From Dendrobates tinctorius (taxonomy: Eukaryota), in assembly GCF_039654945.1 (NCBI RefSeq), contig NW_027361788.1:24118001-24182000 (forward strand): DNA of 64,000 nucleotides, written 5' to 3'. Below the pieces are notes generated by a model. That model saw nothing but the letters and a program-made list of their open reading frames with translations, did no database searches and was not told the DNA's origin. Below are positions 1 through 12,500 of this stretch, piece by piece; position 1 is the first letter of the stretch; every line of letters starts with the position of its first letter. The position numbers and the translations under genes were made by a program.

Positions 1-1475
1 TTAGCAATAACTAATTCTCACGTCCTATAAGGATGTCTGTTGTCTATAAGTCCTATTAAGACACCCAGACATCAGAGAGGGGGCTCCCTCACTAAAACAC
101 TCCACCCCCTATAAGATACAGCAACAATTCTGACAGGCTCAGAACATTGTGGTCATCCATCAATCTCAATAGCTTCCATGTAATACTATTCGAAAGTGTA
201 AAGGAACGAAACTTCCTCCAATGAGATCAGCTGACTGTCTGGGGTTTCAACATCCAGTCCTTATGATGATCTTTCCCCCCCCCCAATGAACCTTTAAAAG
301 GATTTATTCACATTTTTAAAGGATTGTCCAGGATTAGGATTTAAAAATCAAAGCTGCCTTTGTACAGACCGCACCAGCCCTGCCACACGAGTTGTGTTCA
401 GTATTGTAGCTGTGTTGTATTCACTTCAATGAGGCTGGGTGGCAATAATGGACACTGCACATGGCCATTCAGAGGTGGCATTGTTTCTAGAAGAGAGCAG
501 CAATGTCTTTCTTATCCTGGGAGAAAACCCTTTCAATCTGTTGCCAGACACACCTAGTAGCAGTTGGGCCCAAACATTCGAGCTGACAGCTATTGTTCCC
601 AGTTTCATATATTTTAAAAGGGACTGTCAGCACAGAATGACTGTTCAAACCAACCACAGGCGCTCACTGCTTCATGGCGGGACCAATCATTTACATATTG
701 CGACAACCATGAATAAGGCTCGTATGAGCTGAAATGCATTGGTTTTCATTCACATTGGTTGGAATCACCTTTCACTGTGTTTTTATATTTTCTACAATAA
801 ATTCTGGATTTTATATTTGTGAACCTGCTACCAAGCTGGATTTCCTTTCTGGTTCTTCACACACAGCCGGATCCCCGGCTTCTCCGTGCGTGTTTCTCAG
901 CAGGATTGATGATGCAACGATGTGGTGAGCTGGCTCTCCATCCCCTTTTTCCCCGTATTGGATCATAGTTTGAACAATCATCCTGTGCTTATAGAGTCCT
1001 ATTCAGGTTAAAGGTAGACTGAAGTCCTATCAGGTTCAATCTATAGCCTAACATGGTGATCCAGAGGAAGGCACCCCACGCCATGGGCACAGCCTCACTG
1101 CTCTTACAGCAAAGAATGTGCATCTGTGATGATTAAACCTTCTTTAATCGAGAAGATGCCCACTTATCACAGATTCCCCATCAACATACCATCATTTGTT
1201 TTTAACAAGGAAAGAATAGAATAGAATACTTGTCACCAAAAAAACCTCTTGCAGCGTTTTATCTCCCAGAGAACAAAACTGTCCATTGACATTATCGGTT
1301 TATCGAGGCAGAAGAAGGCAGCACAGTATACGGGCCCATTGCAGTCTAATAGTTTATGACAATGCGCCTGTGACAGAAGCAGCCTGCTGCTTTGAAGGTG
1401 GTAGTAGCCCCTTGAACTGCAGCACTGCTTGTACATAGTAACAGTTAGCAAGGCCAAAAAAAAAAAAAAAAAAAA

Positions 1476-2390
1476 GACATTTGTCCATCCAGTTCAGCCT
1501 ATATTCCCAGATCTATGTCCTTCTAAAGAACCTAATCACTGCAATATACAATATTGTTACGCCCAGGAAGACATCCAGGCCTCTCTTGAACCCCTCGACT
1601 GAGTTCGCCATCACCACCTCCTCAGGCAAGGAATTCCACATTCTCACTGCCCTAACAGTAAAGAATCCTCTTCTATGTTGGTGGAAAAACCTTCTCTCCT
1701 CCAGACGCAGAGAATGCCCCCTTGTGACTGTCACCTTCCTTGGTATAAACAGATCCTCGGAGAGATATTTGTATTGTCCCCTTTATTATACATGGTTATT
1801 AGATCGCCCCACAGTCTTCTTTTTTCTAGACTATTGCACTTCCCAGGTCAATACGATTAGTCCCCAATCCCCACAATTTTAAGCGTGCCCTGAAAACGCA
1901 TTTATTCAGACTGGCCTATCGCCTCAACACATTAACCTAATCTATCCCTGTGTGGCACAGCCAAAAGTTTTACCATAACCTGATTTCCCGCATCATGTTC
2001 CCACATGCTTTATGCATCCATTAGCCCTCTGTGTCTGTACTGTTACACACTTAACATTATGGCTGGTCCATACAATCAGGGCAACTGTTACCACCCACCT
2101 TTCGTGTCTACCTCTTTCCTCATAAATTGTAAGCTTGCGAGCAGGGCCCTCTTTCCTCTTGGTATTTGTTATAATCTACTGTATGTGATTATTGTTATGA
2201 TGTAATGTCTATTGTCTGTACAAATCCCCTCTGAAATGTAAAGTGCTGCGGAATATGTCGGCGCTATAAAAATAAAATGTATTATTATTATAGACTAAAT
2301 AATCCTAATTTTGCTAATCTCTCTGGGTATTGTAGTTCCCCCATCCCCTTTATTAATTTTGTTGCCCTCCTCTGTACTCGCTCTAGTTCC
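1476..2390 (-). mobile_element. CR1 LINE 3' fragment interrupted by an L2 fragment
   Basis: ORF 1513-1734 TRGHSLRLEERRF...FFTVRAVRMWNSLPEEVV is the CR1 ORF2 C-terminus. The CR1 sequence resumes at 2291. Confidence 0.85.
1834..2290 (+). mobile_element. L2-type LINE 3' end nested in CR1, TSD TAGACTA
   Basis: FKRALKTHLF-like coding tail, gcgctata...(ATT)n end, and TAGACTA at 1827-1833 and 2291-2297. Confidence 0.75.
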
Positions 2391-2834
2391 AGTGCACCAA
2401 TGGTATGTCTAGTATCGGCCAACTTACATGTAAGTGGTCCCTAGACATTTAAGGTATATCCACAGGAGATATGGTGAGGGTGTGGTGTTTGTGTGTGTGT
2501 AATATATAGTCTCCTATGTTGAAAATACCCCTTTCAGAATGTTCTGTTAGGGAACATGACACCATAGAGGGGATCCACATTCAAACACCCCCTATGCCCC
2601 ATAAAGGCGCTGCAGTTGTCGTGGCCATTCACTATAATACTGTATCAAGGAGTCTGAAGGACTTCCCCTTTAAGAGGTATTAGGCAAGATAAACTATCAA
2701 ATACATAAATGCAGAACCTCCCCCTTTACACCATGGCTGCCCTGCCATGCATACATACATGATATTATATCACACTGGTTAATACAGGGTTAACTCGTTC
2801 CCCAACACTCCCGCCCGGGAATATAACACGCCAC

Positions 2835-2960
2835 CCCACGCTCACCGTGACAAAGCTGCACGCTCCGCAGTCACTGCTTCTCTCTGTCACAGAAGCAACT
2901 ACTTGTAATCTCCTCACCTGACGCGTGACACCAGCACTTCCTGTTTCCGGTTTGCAGTCC
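2835..2960 (-). promoter_or_regulatory. Probable promoter/non-coding first exon of a leftward gene (identity not determinable; FAM3A lies here in mammals)
   Basis: Local CpG enrichment, CACTTCCTGTTTCCGG tandem ETS motif, TGACGCGTGA, and two minus-strand GTGAG donors (~2845, ~2917). No coding exon recognised. Confidence 0.35.
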
Positions 2961-3232
2961 AGCGCAGCAGTCTCACAACGAGGCTTGGAATGTATAGACG
3001 GTTTTTTGTTTTTTTTTAATCACAACAAACTTTATTGTTCTCTTTGTAGCACTGCATTCAGTGTTAGTAGTAGAGCAGCAGTGATGGCTGCAGAGTCTGC
3101 AGTGTATTATCACTCTCAGGCCCATGGTTATCTGATTATAGACTATGACCTGTGACCGATTACAGGATTGTTAACCACAGTGTTTTAGTTATTTATATTC
3201 CACCCACACAAAAGAAGCTAGGACACGTCTTA

Positions 3233-3797
3233 GGCCGGGGTCACACTGGCGAGGAATACGGGCGAGTGAGAGGCGCTAAAAGCACGCATTAGACACGGAC
3301 CAATGATTCTCTATGGGGTCCCTCGCACCAGCCGTATATTTCTCCTCAGTATCCTACGCTCCGTGCCACTCGCAGCATGCTGCGATTGTCAGCGTACTAC
3401 GCCCGTAGTACGCCAATGCAAGTCTATGGGTGCGCAAAAAATACGGATTACACACGGACCACACATGTGACTTGCGAGAAATACGCACCCGGTGTCTTTT
3501 AGCAAAGCCGGCAATTCAGTGCGCGATACAGTAAAATCACACTGACAGGTTTAATAAAGAAAGAATAGATATAGACACATAGAATACATATATATATATG
3601 CATTCTATGTGTCTATATCTATTCTTTGGTTTGTGTTATAAAACCTGTCATAGAGCTCCATTATATGTCCAGTTTGCAAGCCTGCAAGAAAATCTCGCCA
3701 TACAGATGACATACGGAGCACTGTTTAGGGGACATTCATCCGTATTACGCATGTAAAATACTGACCGTATTTTGCGTTGGTTAGTGTGACCCCGGCC
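3233..3797. mobile_element. PIF/Harbinger-type MITE
   Basis: TIR GGCCGGGGTCACACT / AGTGTGACCCCGGCC with TTA on both sides. Confidence 0.85.
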
Positions 3798-4260
3798 TTA
3801 GAGTTGTAGAGATCACGGGATGGATAGAAATGTTACTGATCTGTAAGTGGTGGAAAAGTGGAAAGATTTTCAGTGGACGTCTATGGAAGGTTCTGCCGCT
3901 GAATGCACTCTGGTAAATCATCAAGATCCGCTGCTGGCAGCTCCTGTGTAATCACCAACCAATGATATCCCAGATGTGCTTGATGGGAGACAAGTCCGGA
4001 GTCTCTGTAGGCCATAAAAGCAGGTTTAGGACATGCAGCCCCTGCTGAGCGCACTCTTTACCATTATGATAATTGTGGAGACACAGGGTCAGTGAGTGCT
4101 CTATTCCACAGGCACGGCTGTCTTTAGTAAGACTTCATGGACCAGGTCTCATCCCACCGAACGCCCGCTCGCTCTCCCCTTGGCCAGAATACCACTCCCA
4201 CGACACAGGATGAGAGTAACACAGTGTGGCAATAATTTACTGAACCATCAACACACAATA

Positions 4261-4657
4261 AGGGTAGTTTCACACGTCCAGATAATTCCGGTACCGGAGC
4301 TATCCGTGTCCGTGTGCATGTTTATGCCATCCGTGTGCTATCCGTGTGCTGTCCGTATCCGTGTTTTTGAAAAATTATTTTCAATGTTAACCCTTTGACT
4401 TTTAAAAACGCACATGGATTGCACATGGACAGCATCCGTGTGCGGTACGTGTTTACACAGACCCATTGACTTGTATGGGTCCGTGTGATCCGTGCTGTTG
4501 CACAAAAACGGACATGTCAGCGTGTTTTGCACATGGACACCCGGTCCGTGAAAACACACTGACATCTGCATAGACACATTCATGAGAATGTGTCTACGTG
4601 TGTCAGTGTCTCCGGTACGTGAGAAAACTGTCACTACACGTACCGGAGACACTGGCC
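4261..4657. mobile_element. Harbinger-type MITE (degenerate right end)
   Basis: taa-GGGTAGTTTCACACG start, internal ccgtgtg/cacacgg inverted motifs, ends ggcc-taa. Confidence 0.55.
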
Positions 4658-5126
4658 TAACATATAGAACAGTCCCAGCAAATACCCAACATGGCGCACA
4701 ATATAAAGAGTCTCAACTTCCCACTGACTCGCTGGGATCAGAGCTGCTTCCAGGGCCGAGTACCCCACCAGTGCCACCTCCCATTGAGTCTCCCAGGACG
4801 CAAACTCTCGATTTTTTGTTCACACGCAGCAGCTTTACCAATGAGCTGCAGCTCATAATGATACATGTAGGAGATTTTTGTAATCTATAGCAGACAGTGA
4901 ACCCAGAAGCAGAAAATACAAGTACATTGGATACAGCAGTGTATTCCTTTGTACCTGTATTGTGGGCTGAAAAAAGTCAGATTTTTGTCCTATAAAGCTA
5001 ATATTCTTATTCTAAGCAATTATAAAAGTATATTTTTGCAGGTGAAAGCCTCCTCCAGGTCTGAAACCCACAACCCTCTATTTCTCTGTTAAACCCATAA
5101 ACAATGTAATAAAAATATAATACTGA

Positions 5127-6814
5127 GGCCGTGTTCACACGTAGTGTAAATGCTGTGTGTTTTTTCTCCTGCTTTTTTTCTGCAGGTGTCAGCACCACAC
5201 GACACAATAATAATCTAAAAAAAACACTTAAAAATGTAACATGCTATTTTCTCAGAAGGTTTAGGGTATGTGCACATGTTGCGGATTTGCTGCGGATCCG
5301 CTGCAGATTTCGTAGTGATTTAGGCTATGCTCCCACCCGCGGATTTTATGCGTATTTGCCGCGTTTTTTTTTTAGCTGTGAAAACACATAAAATAAACAA
5401 CCCATTGAGTTCAATGGCTTTCCGCACATGCTGTGCTAATGCTGCGTATTTTTCCGCGGCGGAATAGCATCGCGAAAAAATACGCAGCATGCTCATTGTT
5501 TTTGCAGAATCGCGGGGATTCCGCACACATAGGAATGCATTGTTGCGCTTACTTTCCGCATGTGGCTATGGCCTGTTTCACACATCCGTTTTTTGGCGTC
5601 AGTCAAAATCCGCCAATTTCCTAAAAAGGGGCGGATCCGTTTTTTCCCCCATAGACTTACATTAGTGGCGCATCTTGACTGACGGTCGTCCGTCACACCC
5701 GTTTTTTGACTGATCCGCCAAAATTTTTCGGTCTCCGGGGCAGATGGGACGGAGTGCCGTCACCGGATCCGTCAAAACAACGGTCCGGTGGCACACGTTG
5801 GTGTGAAACGGATCCGTTTTCCACCATTTTAACGGATTGCAACTGACATCAAAAAACGGATGTTTGGATGGTACCCAGGGTCTGGAGGAGAGGATGACAA
5901 TGACCAGAGATGCCGTAGTGGTCTCGCGTGATGCTACGTCATCTGGGGTCATTGTCGCAAGGCATCGCTGGGGAACGGGACTTGCCGGGAGCATCACTGA
6001 GGCCTGGTGACGCTGCGGGGGACGCCGGAAGGTGAGAATAACAAGATTTTTTATTTATTATTTTTAACATTTTATTTTTTTACTACTGATGCTGCATAGG
6101 CTGCCTCAATAGTAAAAGTTTTTACACCCATTCCATTATAGGAATCCGCAGGTGTAAAAACGCAGGTAAAATCCACAATAAATCCGCAGGAAAAACGCAC
6201 GGATTTTGACCTGCGGATTCTGCAAAAATATGCAGATTCCGCGCTGAAAAATCCGCGCAGCAATCCACAACGTGTGCACATACCCTGATAGAGAAAAAAT
6301 GCACCAAAACAGCACAGTTCAGCAGCGTTTTCAGACCACAGAGAGCGGGGATTTCATGGGATCGCATCCACATTGCTCGGACATTTAGACTGTGTTCACG
6401 TGTAACGTAAATTTTGCATTTTTTCTTGCTGCTTTTTTTTTTTGCACAGCAAGTCTGCTGTGTTTAAGTGTCCAAGCAAAGTTGATGTGATTACATGGAA
6501 ACTGCGCCCCCTGTGTGTATAAAGAAGTGGCTGAACTGTGCGGTTTCGGTGCTTTTTTTGTCATCTTCTATTTGGAGCATAAAAATAACACATGTAAAAA
6601 AACTGCAGATACTTCATTAAGAATCAAAGCTTTTCTGTACTATAAAAAGCATATAAAAAACAGCTTCACATCTGCACCAGAAACACATCAAATAAGGTGG
6701 AAAGGCCTAAAAAAATGCAACAATAATTAGAGAACATTATTATTGTGTACTTTGGTGCAGACACTTGCAGAAAACATAAAACACACAGTATTTCAGCAGC
6801 GTGTGAACACGGCC
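5127..6814. mobile_element. Nested Harbinger-type MITE stack (outer 5127-6814, inner 5264-6285, further partial inserts near 5323 and 5570)
   Basis: Outer TIR GGCCGTGTTCACACG / CGTGTGAACACGGCC; inner TIR GGGTATGTGCACA / TGTGCACATACCC; TTA/TGA flanks. Confidence 0.75.
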
Positions 6815-7359
6815 TTACAGACGCCAGATATCAAACAGTGAAGCTACAAAGGGCTCATATTCATCTGAGAGGAAAATGAACGAGTGAAATACGATAAAAA
6901 AAAAAAAAAAATCGGACTGCAGTCTGACCAATGTTAACCTATGAGTCCCTGCTCATCTGTGATTTTTTTTTTTCTCAGCTGAAATCGGACTAAGAAAAAA
7001 AAATCATAGCATGATGTGATTGCCCTCGTATCTCCGACGAGACTTGCCAATGCAAGTCAATGGGTGAGAGAAAAAAATTGCACGGCACTCGGACCATGCA
7101 AGTGAAGTCCCATGTCCTTTGAAAAGTCGGCAATTCATCTGCCCACAGAAAAATCACAGCGTGACCCAACAAAATAGAATAGATACAGCATATACACATA
7201 GAATAGATATAAAGATGTCAGTGACATATATAATTACGGTAGCACAGTGGCTGTGTAGTTTACTGGACATGTATTTTATTACTGAATACATTATCCCCAC
7301 CGGGAAATGTGAGTAGTCAGGTAGACGGCGTGGGAATGACTCATGACTGTACTAGCTTA

Positions 7360-7800
7360 AAGGGGTGCAAAGGGTCTGAATACTTATGACCATGTGATAT
7401 TTCAGTTTTTCTTTTTTAATAAATTTACAAAAATTTCTACATTTCTTTTTTTTCAGTCAAGATGGGGTGCAGAGTGTACATTAATCAGAAAAAAATGGAC
7501 TTTTTTTTAATTTAGCAAATGGTTGCAATGAAACAGAGAGAGAAAAATTTAAAGGGGTCTGAATACTTTCCATACCCATTGTATTTCCCTCCCAGGCCTC
7601 ATGGGGTGGGGGAATGGACAGATCAGGGATTAACAGTTTGTAAGATCTCCCCGTGTTTCTTCTGGTTCCTGTCACACTCCAAAAACATACTGATAGGGAA
7701 TTTAAATGAGCACCAATGGGGACAGTGATGATAATGTATGTAATGCGCTGCGGAATAAGATAGCGCTATATAAGCAAAGCATAATAAATAAAATAAATAA
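7360..7800 (+). mobile_element. Tc1 terminal-repeat remnant (7360-7581) followed by a SINE/L2-type 3' tail (~7585-7800)
   Basis: GGGTCTGAATACTT direct repeats at ~7372 and ~7555 ending ccattg-ta; tail gcgctgcggaa...gcgctatataa...(AATA)n. Confidence 0.55.
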
Positions 7801-7802
7801 AA

Positions 7803-8455
7803 GGGTAATTTCAATGGGTTTGTACTTCTTTACCAAAGGACAAAAAGCCGGAGAAAAACTTCTAACCCCAGGATGTGTGGAGGATAACAACCTGGGTGTA
7901 TATATCTCCTCTGCATGGGTATCTCAGTTTTTCATATCCTCCAAAGTGGTTATTGGTATGAAAACTGACAGAATATCTATCCTCTTGGATAGTGGGGCAG
8001 GAGCCAATATGGTGGATGCTTGGTTCAGACAGGACTTTGGTCTTTCCTGTAGTATGCTGGCAAAGTCCTTCCCAATATTTGCGATTGACTCTGCACCTCT
8101 CAGTCAGGGAAATTTTAGGCAAGTATTGCATAATGTGAACTAGCACATAGGGGCTTTTCACAGGGAGCACCTTTCTTGTTGTATCTTGGAAGGTCTCTCT
8201 ACTCCTATTGCGTTAGGCCTTTGCTGACTAGCTGCATAATCCGGTTATTGACTGTCAGACACAGAAATAGTCAAACGGAGTGATTTCTCCAAATATAATC
8301 GGTTCCATCGTTTCTAGTGTTTCCACTAAAACCATACCTTCGTTTCTGTCTGATTTTGTGGATGAGAAAAGGGGTGCCAGGAACTGAATCCCCACCGTGT
8401 GTATAACTGTTCTGTGAACTTGCTTCTGGGTGCAAGATCTCTGCAAGATCATATG
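7803..8455 (+). mobile_element. Gypsy LTR-retrotransposon fragment (gag end, aspartic protease, pre-RT region), degenerate
   Basis: ILLDSGAGANMVD protease motif in ORF 7706-8143, followed by HNPVID- and PPH-like pol remnants with stops. Confidence 0.75.
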
Positions 8456-9988
8456 ACGGATTTTTTTTTAAAAAAGTGGAAAAATAAATAATCAGGGGTA
8501 CATCAAGAACAAAATAAGTGCAAAATCTGACCTGTCTTTTTAAGGAGGTGAGGTGTATCAAATTTTTTGTTAGGTCACTGTCACGGTTCCACCCCTCAGA
8601 GTGTCTGGGATGTAGTTACTGACAGCTCGGCAGTCCAATCTGGTAGAGGGGCGTGCTGAAGCTGTCAGTACTTTGATTGACAGAATGGCCATCCATTCTG
8701 GTTCAGGGGCATGCTGAGCTGCCAGAGTGTTTATTGACCTCATTCCTAGCGCCAAATTGCCAAAATCTCGCCTTTACAATTTGTTGGGGCCTGACGGGCC
8801 GCCATGAAAGAATATGTTAACGAGAGCTTACGGAAGGGTCATATCCGTACTTCCTCCTCCCCTGTAGCTGCGGGAATTTTCTTTGTTAAAAAGAAAGATG
8901 GGGGTCTCCATCCTTGCCTTGATTTCCGAGAACTAAACAAGATCATGGTTAAAAATACCTAACCACTTCCACTCATCCCGGACCTATATAATCAGATTCT
9001 GGGGGCCAGGGTGTTTTCTAAACTTGATCTTAGAGGAGCTTACAATTTGATATGCATCCGGAAGGGTGATGAGTGGAAAACGGCGTTTATAACATCTGAG
9101 AGTCTGTTTGAAAACCTTGTCATTCCTTTTGGATTATCTAATGCACCTGCTGTGTTTCAAAATTTTATGAATTATATTTTCTCTGATTGCACTGGAAGAT
9201 TTGTTGTCATATACCTTGATGACATTCTAATTTTCTCGCCAGACTTGGACACTCACCAGGAACATGTCCGTGTGGTGTTACAGAGACTGAGGGAGAACTC
9301 GGTTAGTTAAATTAGAGAAATGTGTTTTTTTTCTGTCAGAAATCTCTTTCTTGGGGTTTATCTTGTCAGCAGAAGGGTTTAAGATGGACCCTGGGAAGGT
9401 GCAGGCCATAATTGTTTGGGTTCAACCTCGTGATCTTAAGGCTTTGCAGCGTTTTCTGGGATTCACCAACTATTATAGAAAATTTATCAAGGGGTTTTCA
9501 GAAACTGCTAAAGCACTTACTGACCTTACACGTAAGGGGGCGAATCTCAAGGTTTGGTCGCCGGGTGCTATCAAGGCTTTTGAAAGATTAAAAGTGTTTT
9601 ATGTCCGCACTCATTATGATTCAACCTGATCTCCAAGAACCATTCATTGTGGAGGTGGATGCTTCGGAGATCGGAGTGGGAGTAGTCTTATCGCAGGGGC
9701 CCAAAACTCTGACTAACCTGCGTCCATGTGCTTTTCTTTCTAAAAAATTTTCACCGGCGGAGAAAAATTATGATGTGGGTAATCGAGAGTTACTTTGAGG
9801 AATGGAGGCATTTTTTGGAGGGGGGCGGTTCATCCAGTTACGGTGATCACGGATCACAAGAATTTTGCTTGCATTGAATAGGCTAAAAGGTTAACACCTA
9901 GACAGGCCAGATGGTCCTTGTTTTTCTCTCGATTTAATTTTTCTGTTACATTCAGGCGAGGGTCTAAAAATGTGAAAGCTGATGCTTT

Positions 9989-10409
9989 CAAATCACATAC
10001 CATAGAAGAGAAAAAGCAGGACAAAGGCACAGCTGTATGACCTCGGGTGAATGAAGCTGCACACACATCAGGGAACACGGGTGCCACTTCCAAGGAAAAT
10101 AGTCTGTATATCCATAGAGAGAAAAGTGGATAGGCACATTCTGTCCCATGCAAAATAATCCTTTATTATGGCATCAAGTTACCAACAGCAGGCAGATAAA
10201 ACCATGGAGCAAGTATAGACGATGATTTGTTTCGCGCTTACATTGCGCTTCAACAGGTCATCTGACCTGTTGAAGCGCAATGTAAGCGTGAAACGATCGT
10301 CGTCTTTACATGCTCCTTGGTTTTATCTGCCTGCTGATGGTAACTTGATGCCATAATAAAGGATTATTTTGCATGGGACCGAATGTGCCTATCCACTTTC
10401 TTCTCTAAG
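9989..10409. mobile_element. Penelope-like element fragment (inverted pLTR-type palindrome) inserted in Gypsy pol, 15-bp TSD
   Basis: GAAAGCTGATGCTTT at 9974-9988 and 10410-10424; ~145-bp inverted arms centred at ~10261; hammerhead-like core in each arm. Confidence 0.7.
10264..10304 (+). ncRNA. Degenerate minimal hammerhead ribozyme motif (mirror copy on the minus strand at ~10217-10259)
   Basis: GAC CUGUUGA a GCGC aauguaa GCGU GAAA C GAUC GUC GUC; the A6 position of CUGAnGA is U in both copies. Confidence 0.5.
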
Positions 10410-10967
10410 GAAAGCTGATGCTTTATCTCGTAGTCTAGATTCCATTTCTCCTCCAGAATCTCCATCCTCCATTATTCCTCAGGGTATTGTGGTGTCTATG
10501 GTAACCTCGGAGCTGGAAGAGGAGATTCGTAAAGCCCAGTCATTGACTCCTTCTAATTCACCAGGGTCCAAATTATTTGTGCCTGTGTACCTAAGATTGC
10601 AGGTGTTACAGGAATTTCATGATTCTGTTTTAAGTGATCATCCTGGGGTTACTGCCACAAGGAAGGCCATCGCTAGACTTTTTGGTGGCCATCCATGCAT
10701 AAGGATATTAAGGATTTTGTATCTGCTTGTGAAGTCTGCGCACCACCAAAGTCAGTCATAGCCAGCCGGCTGGGGAATTGGCTCCATTGCCTATTCTAGA
10801 AAGACCATGGACTCATTTGTCCATGGATTTCAATACTGATTTGCCTCTGTCTGATGGGAAGACTGCTATTTGGGTGATAGTTAATCAATTCAGCAAGCAA
10901 GCTCATTTTATTCCTTTGTCAGGATTAGCTAATGCCGAGACACTCTCCAGGTTGTTTATTTCTCATA

Positions 10968-12500
10968 CAGTGGGTGCAGAATTATTAGGCAAATGAGTAT
11001 TTTGATCACATCATCCTTTTTATACATGTTGTCCTACTCCAAGCTGTATGGGCTTGAAAGCCAACTGCCATTTATGTAAATCAGGTGATTTGCATCTCTG
11101 TAATGAGGAGGGGTGTGGTCTAATGACATCAACACCCTATATAAGATGTGCTTAATTATTAGGCAACTTCCTTTCCTTTGGCAAAATGGGTCAGAAGAGA
11201 GATTTGACGGACTCTGAAAAGTCAAAAATTGTGAGATGTCTTGCAGAGGGATGCAGCAGTCTTGAAATTGCCAAACTTTTGAAGCGTGATCACCGAACAA
11301 TCAAGGTCGCAAGAAGCGTGTTGATAAAAAAGGCGCAAAATAACGGCCTATGAAATGAGGAAAATCAAGCGTGAAGCAGCCAAGATTCCATTTGCCACCA
11401 GTTTTGCCATATTTCAGAGCTGCAACGTTACTGGAGTATCAAAAAGCTCAAGGTGTGCCATACTCAGGGACATGGCCAAGCTAAGGAAGGCTGAAAAACG
11501 ACCACCTTTCAACAAGAAACATAAGATAAAACATCAAGACTGGGCCAAGAAATTTCTTAAGACTGATTTTTGTAAGGTTTTATGGAGTGATGAAATGAGA
11601 GCGACTCTTGATTGGCCAGATAGATGGGCCCAAGGCTGGATCAGTAAAGGGCAGAGAGCTCCACTCTGACTCAGATGCCAGCAAGGTGGATGTGGGGTAC
11701 TGGTATGGGCTGGTATCATCAAAGATGAACTTGTGGGACCTTTTCGGGTTGAGGATGGAGTGAAGCTCAATTCCCAGACCTACTGGCAGTTTCTGGAAGA
11801 CATCTTCTTCAAGCAGTGGTACAGGAAGAAGTCGATATCGTTCAAGAAAAACATGATTTTCATGCAGGTCAATGCTCCATCACATGCATCCAAATACTCC
11901 ACAGCGTGGCTGCCCAGTAAAGGTCTAAAAGAAAAAAAAAATAATGACATGGCCCCCTTGTTCACCTGATCTGAACCCCATAGAGAACTTGTGGTCCCTC
12001 ATAAAATGTGAGATCTACAGGGAGTGAAAACATTACACCTCTGGGAACAGTGTCTGGGAGGCTGTGGTGGCTGCGGCACGCAATGTTGACCGTAAACAGA
12101 TCAAGCAACTGACAGAATCTATGGATGGAAGACTTTTGAGTGTCATCGTAAAGAAAGGAGGCTATATTTCTCACAGATTTTTTTTGTTTTGTTTTTGAAT
12201 GTCAGAAATTTTTATTTCTAAATTTTGTGTTGCTCTGTTGGTTTACCTGGTGAAAATAAACAAGTGAGATGGGCATATATTTGGTTTTTATTAAGTTGCC
12301 TAATAATTCTGCACATTAATAGTTACCTGCACAAACAGATAGCCTCCTAAGATAGCCAAAACTAAAAAAAACCCACTCCAACTTCCAAAAATATTAAGCT
12401 TTGATATCTATGAGTCTTTTGGGTTGATTGAGAACATAGTTGTTGTTCAATAAAAAGAATCCTCTCAAATACAACTTGCCTAATAATTCTGCACATGGTG
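10968..12500 (+). mobile_element. Tc1-family DNA transposon with a degenerate transposase, inserted at a TA in the Gypsy integrase
   Basis: TIR core GTGCAGAATTATTAGGCAA at both ends with inner repeats and TA flanks. Transposase remnants MGQKRDLTDSEKSKIVR, VLWSDE and SPDLNPIE-coding DNA. Integrase reads ISH|IVRL across the insertion. Confidence 0.92.

Noticed and set aside
1233-1457. 74-aa minus-strand ORF as a possible exon of a neighbouring gene such as FAM3A
   Set aside because: No resemblance to FAM3 proteins and no convincing splice sites.
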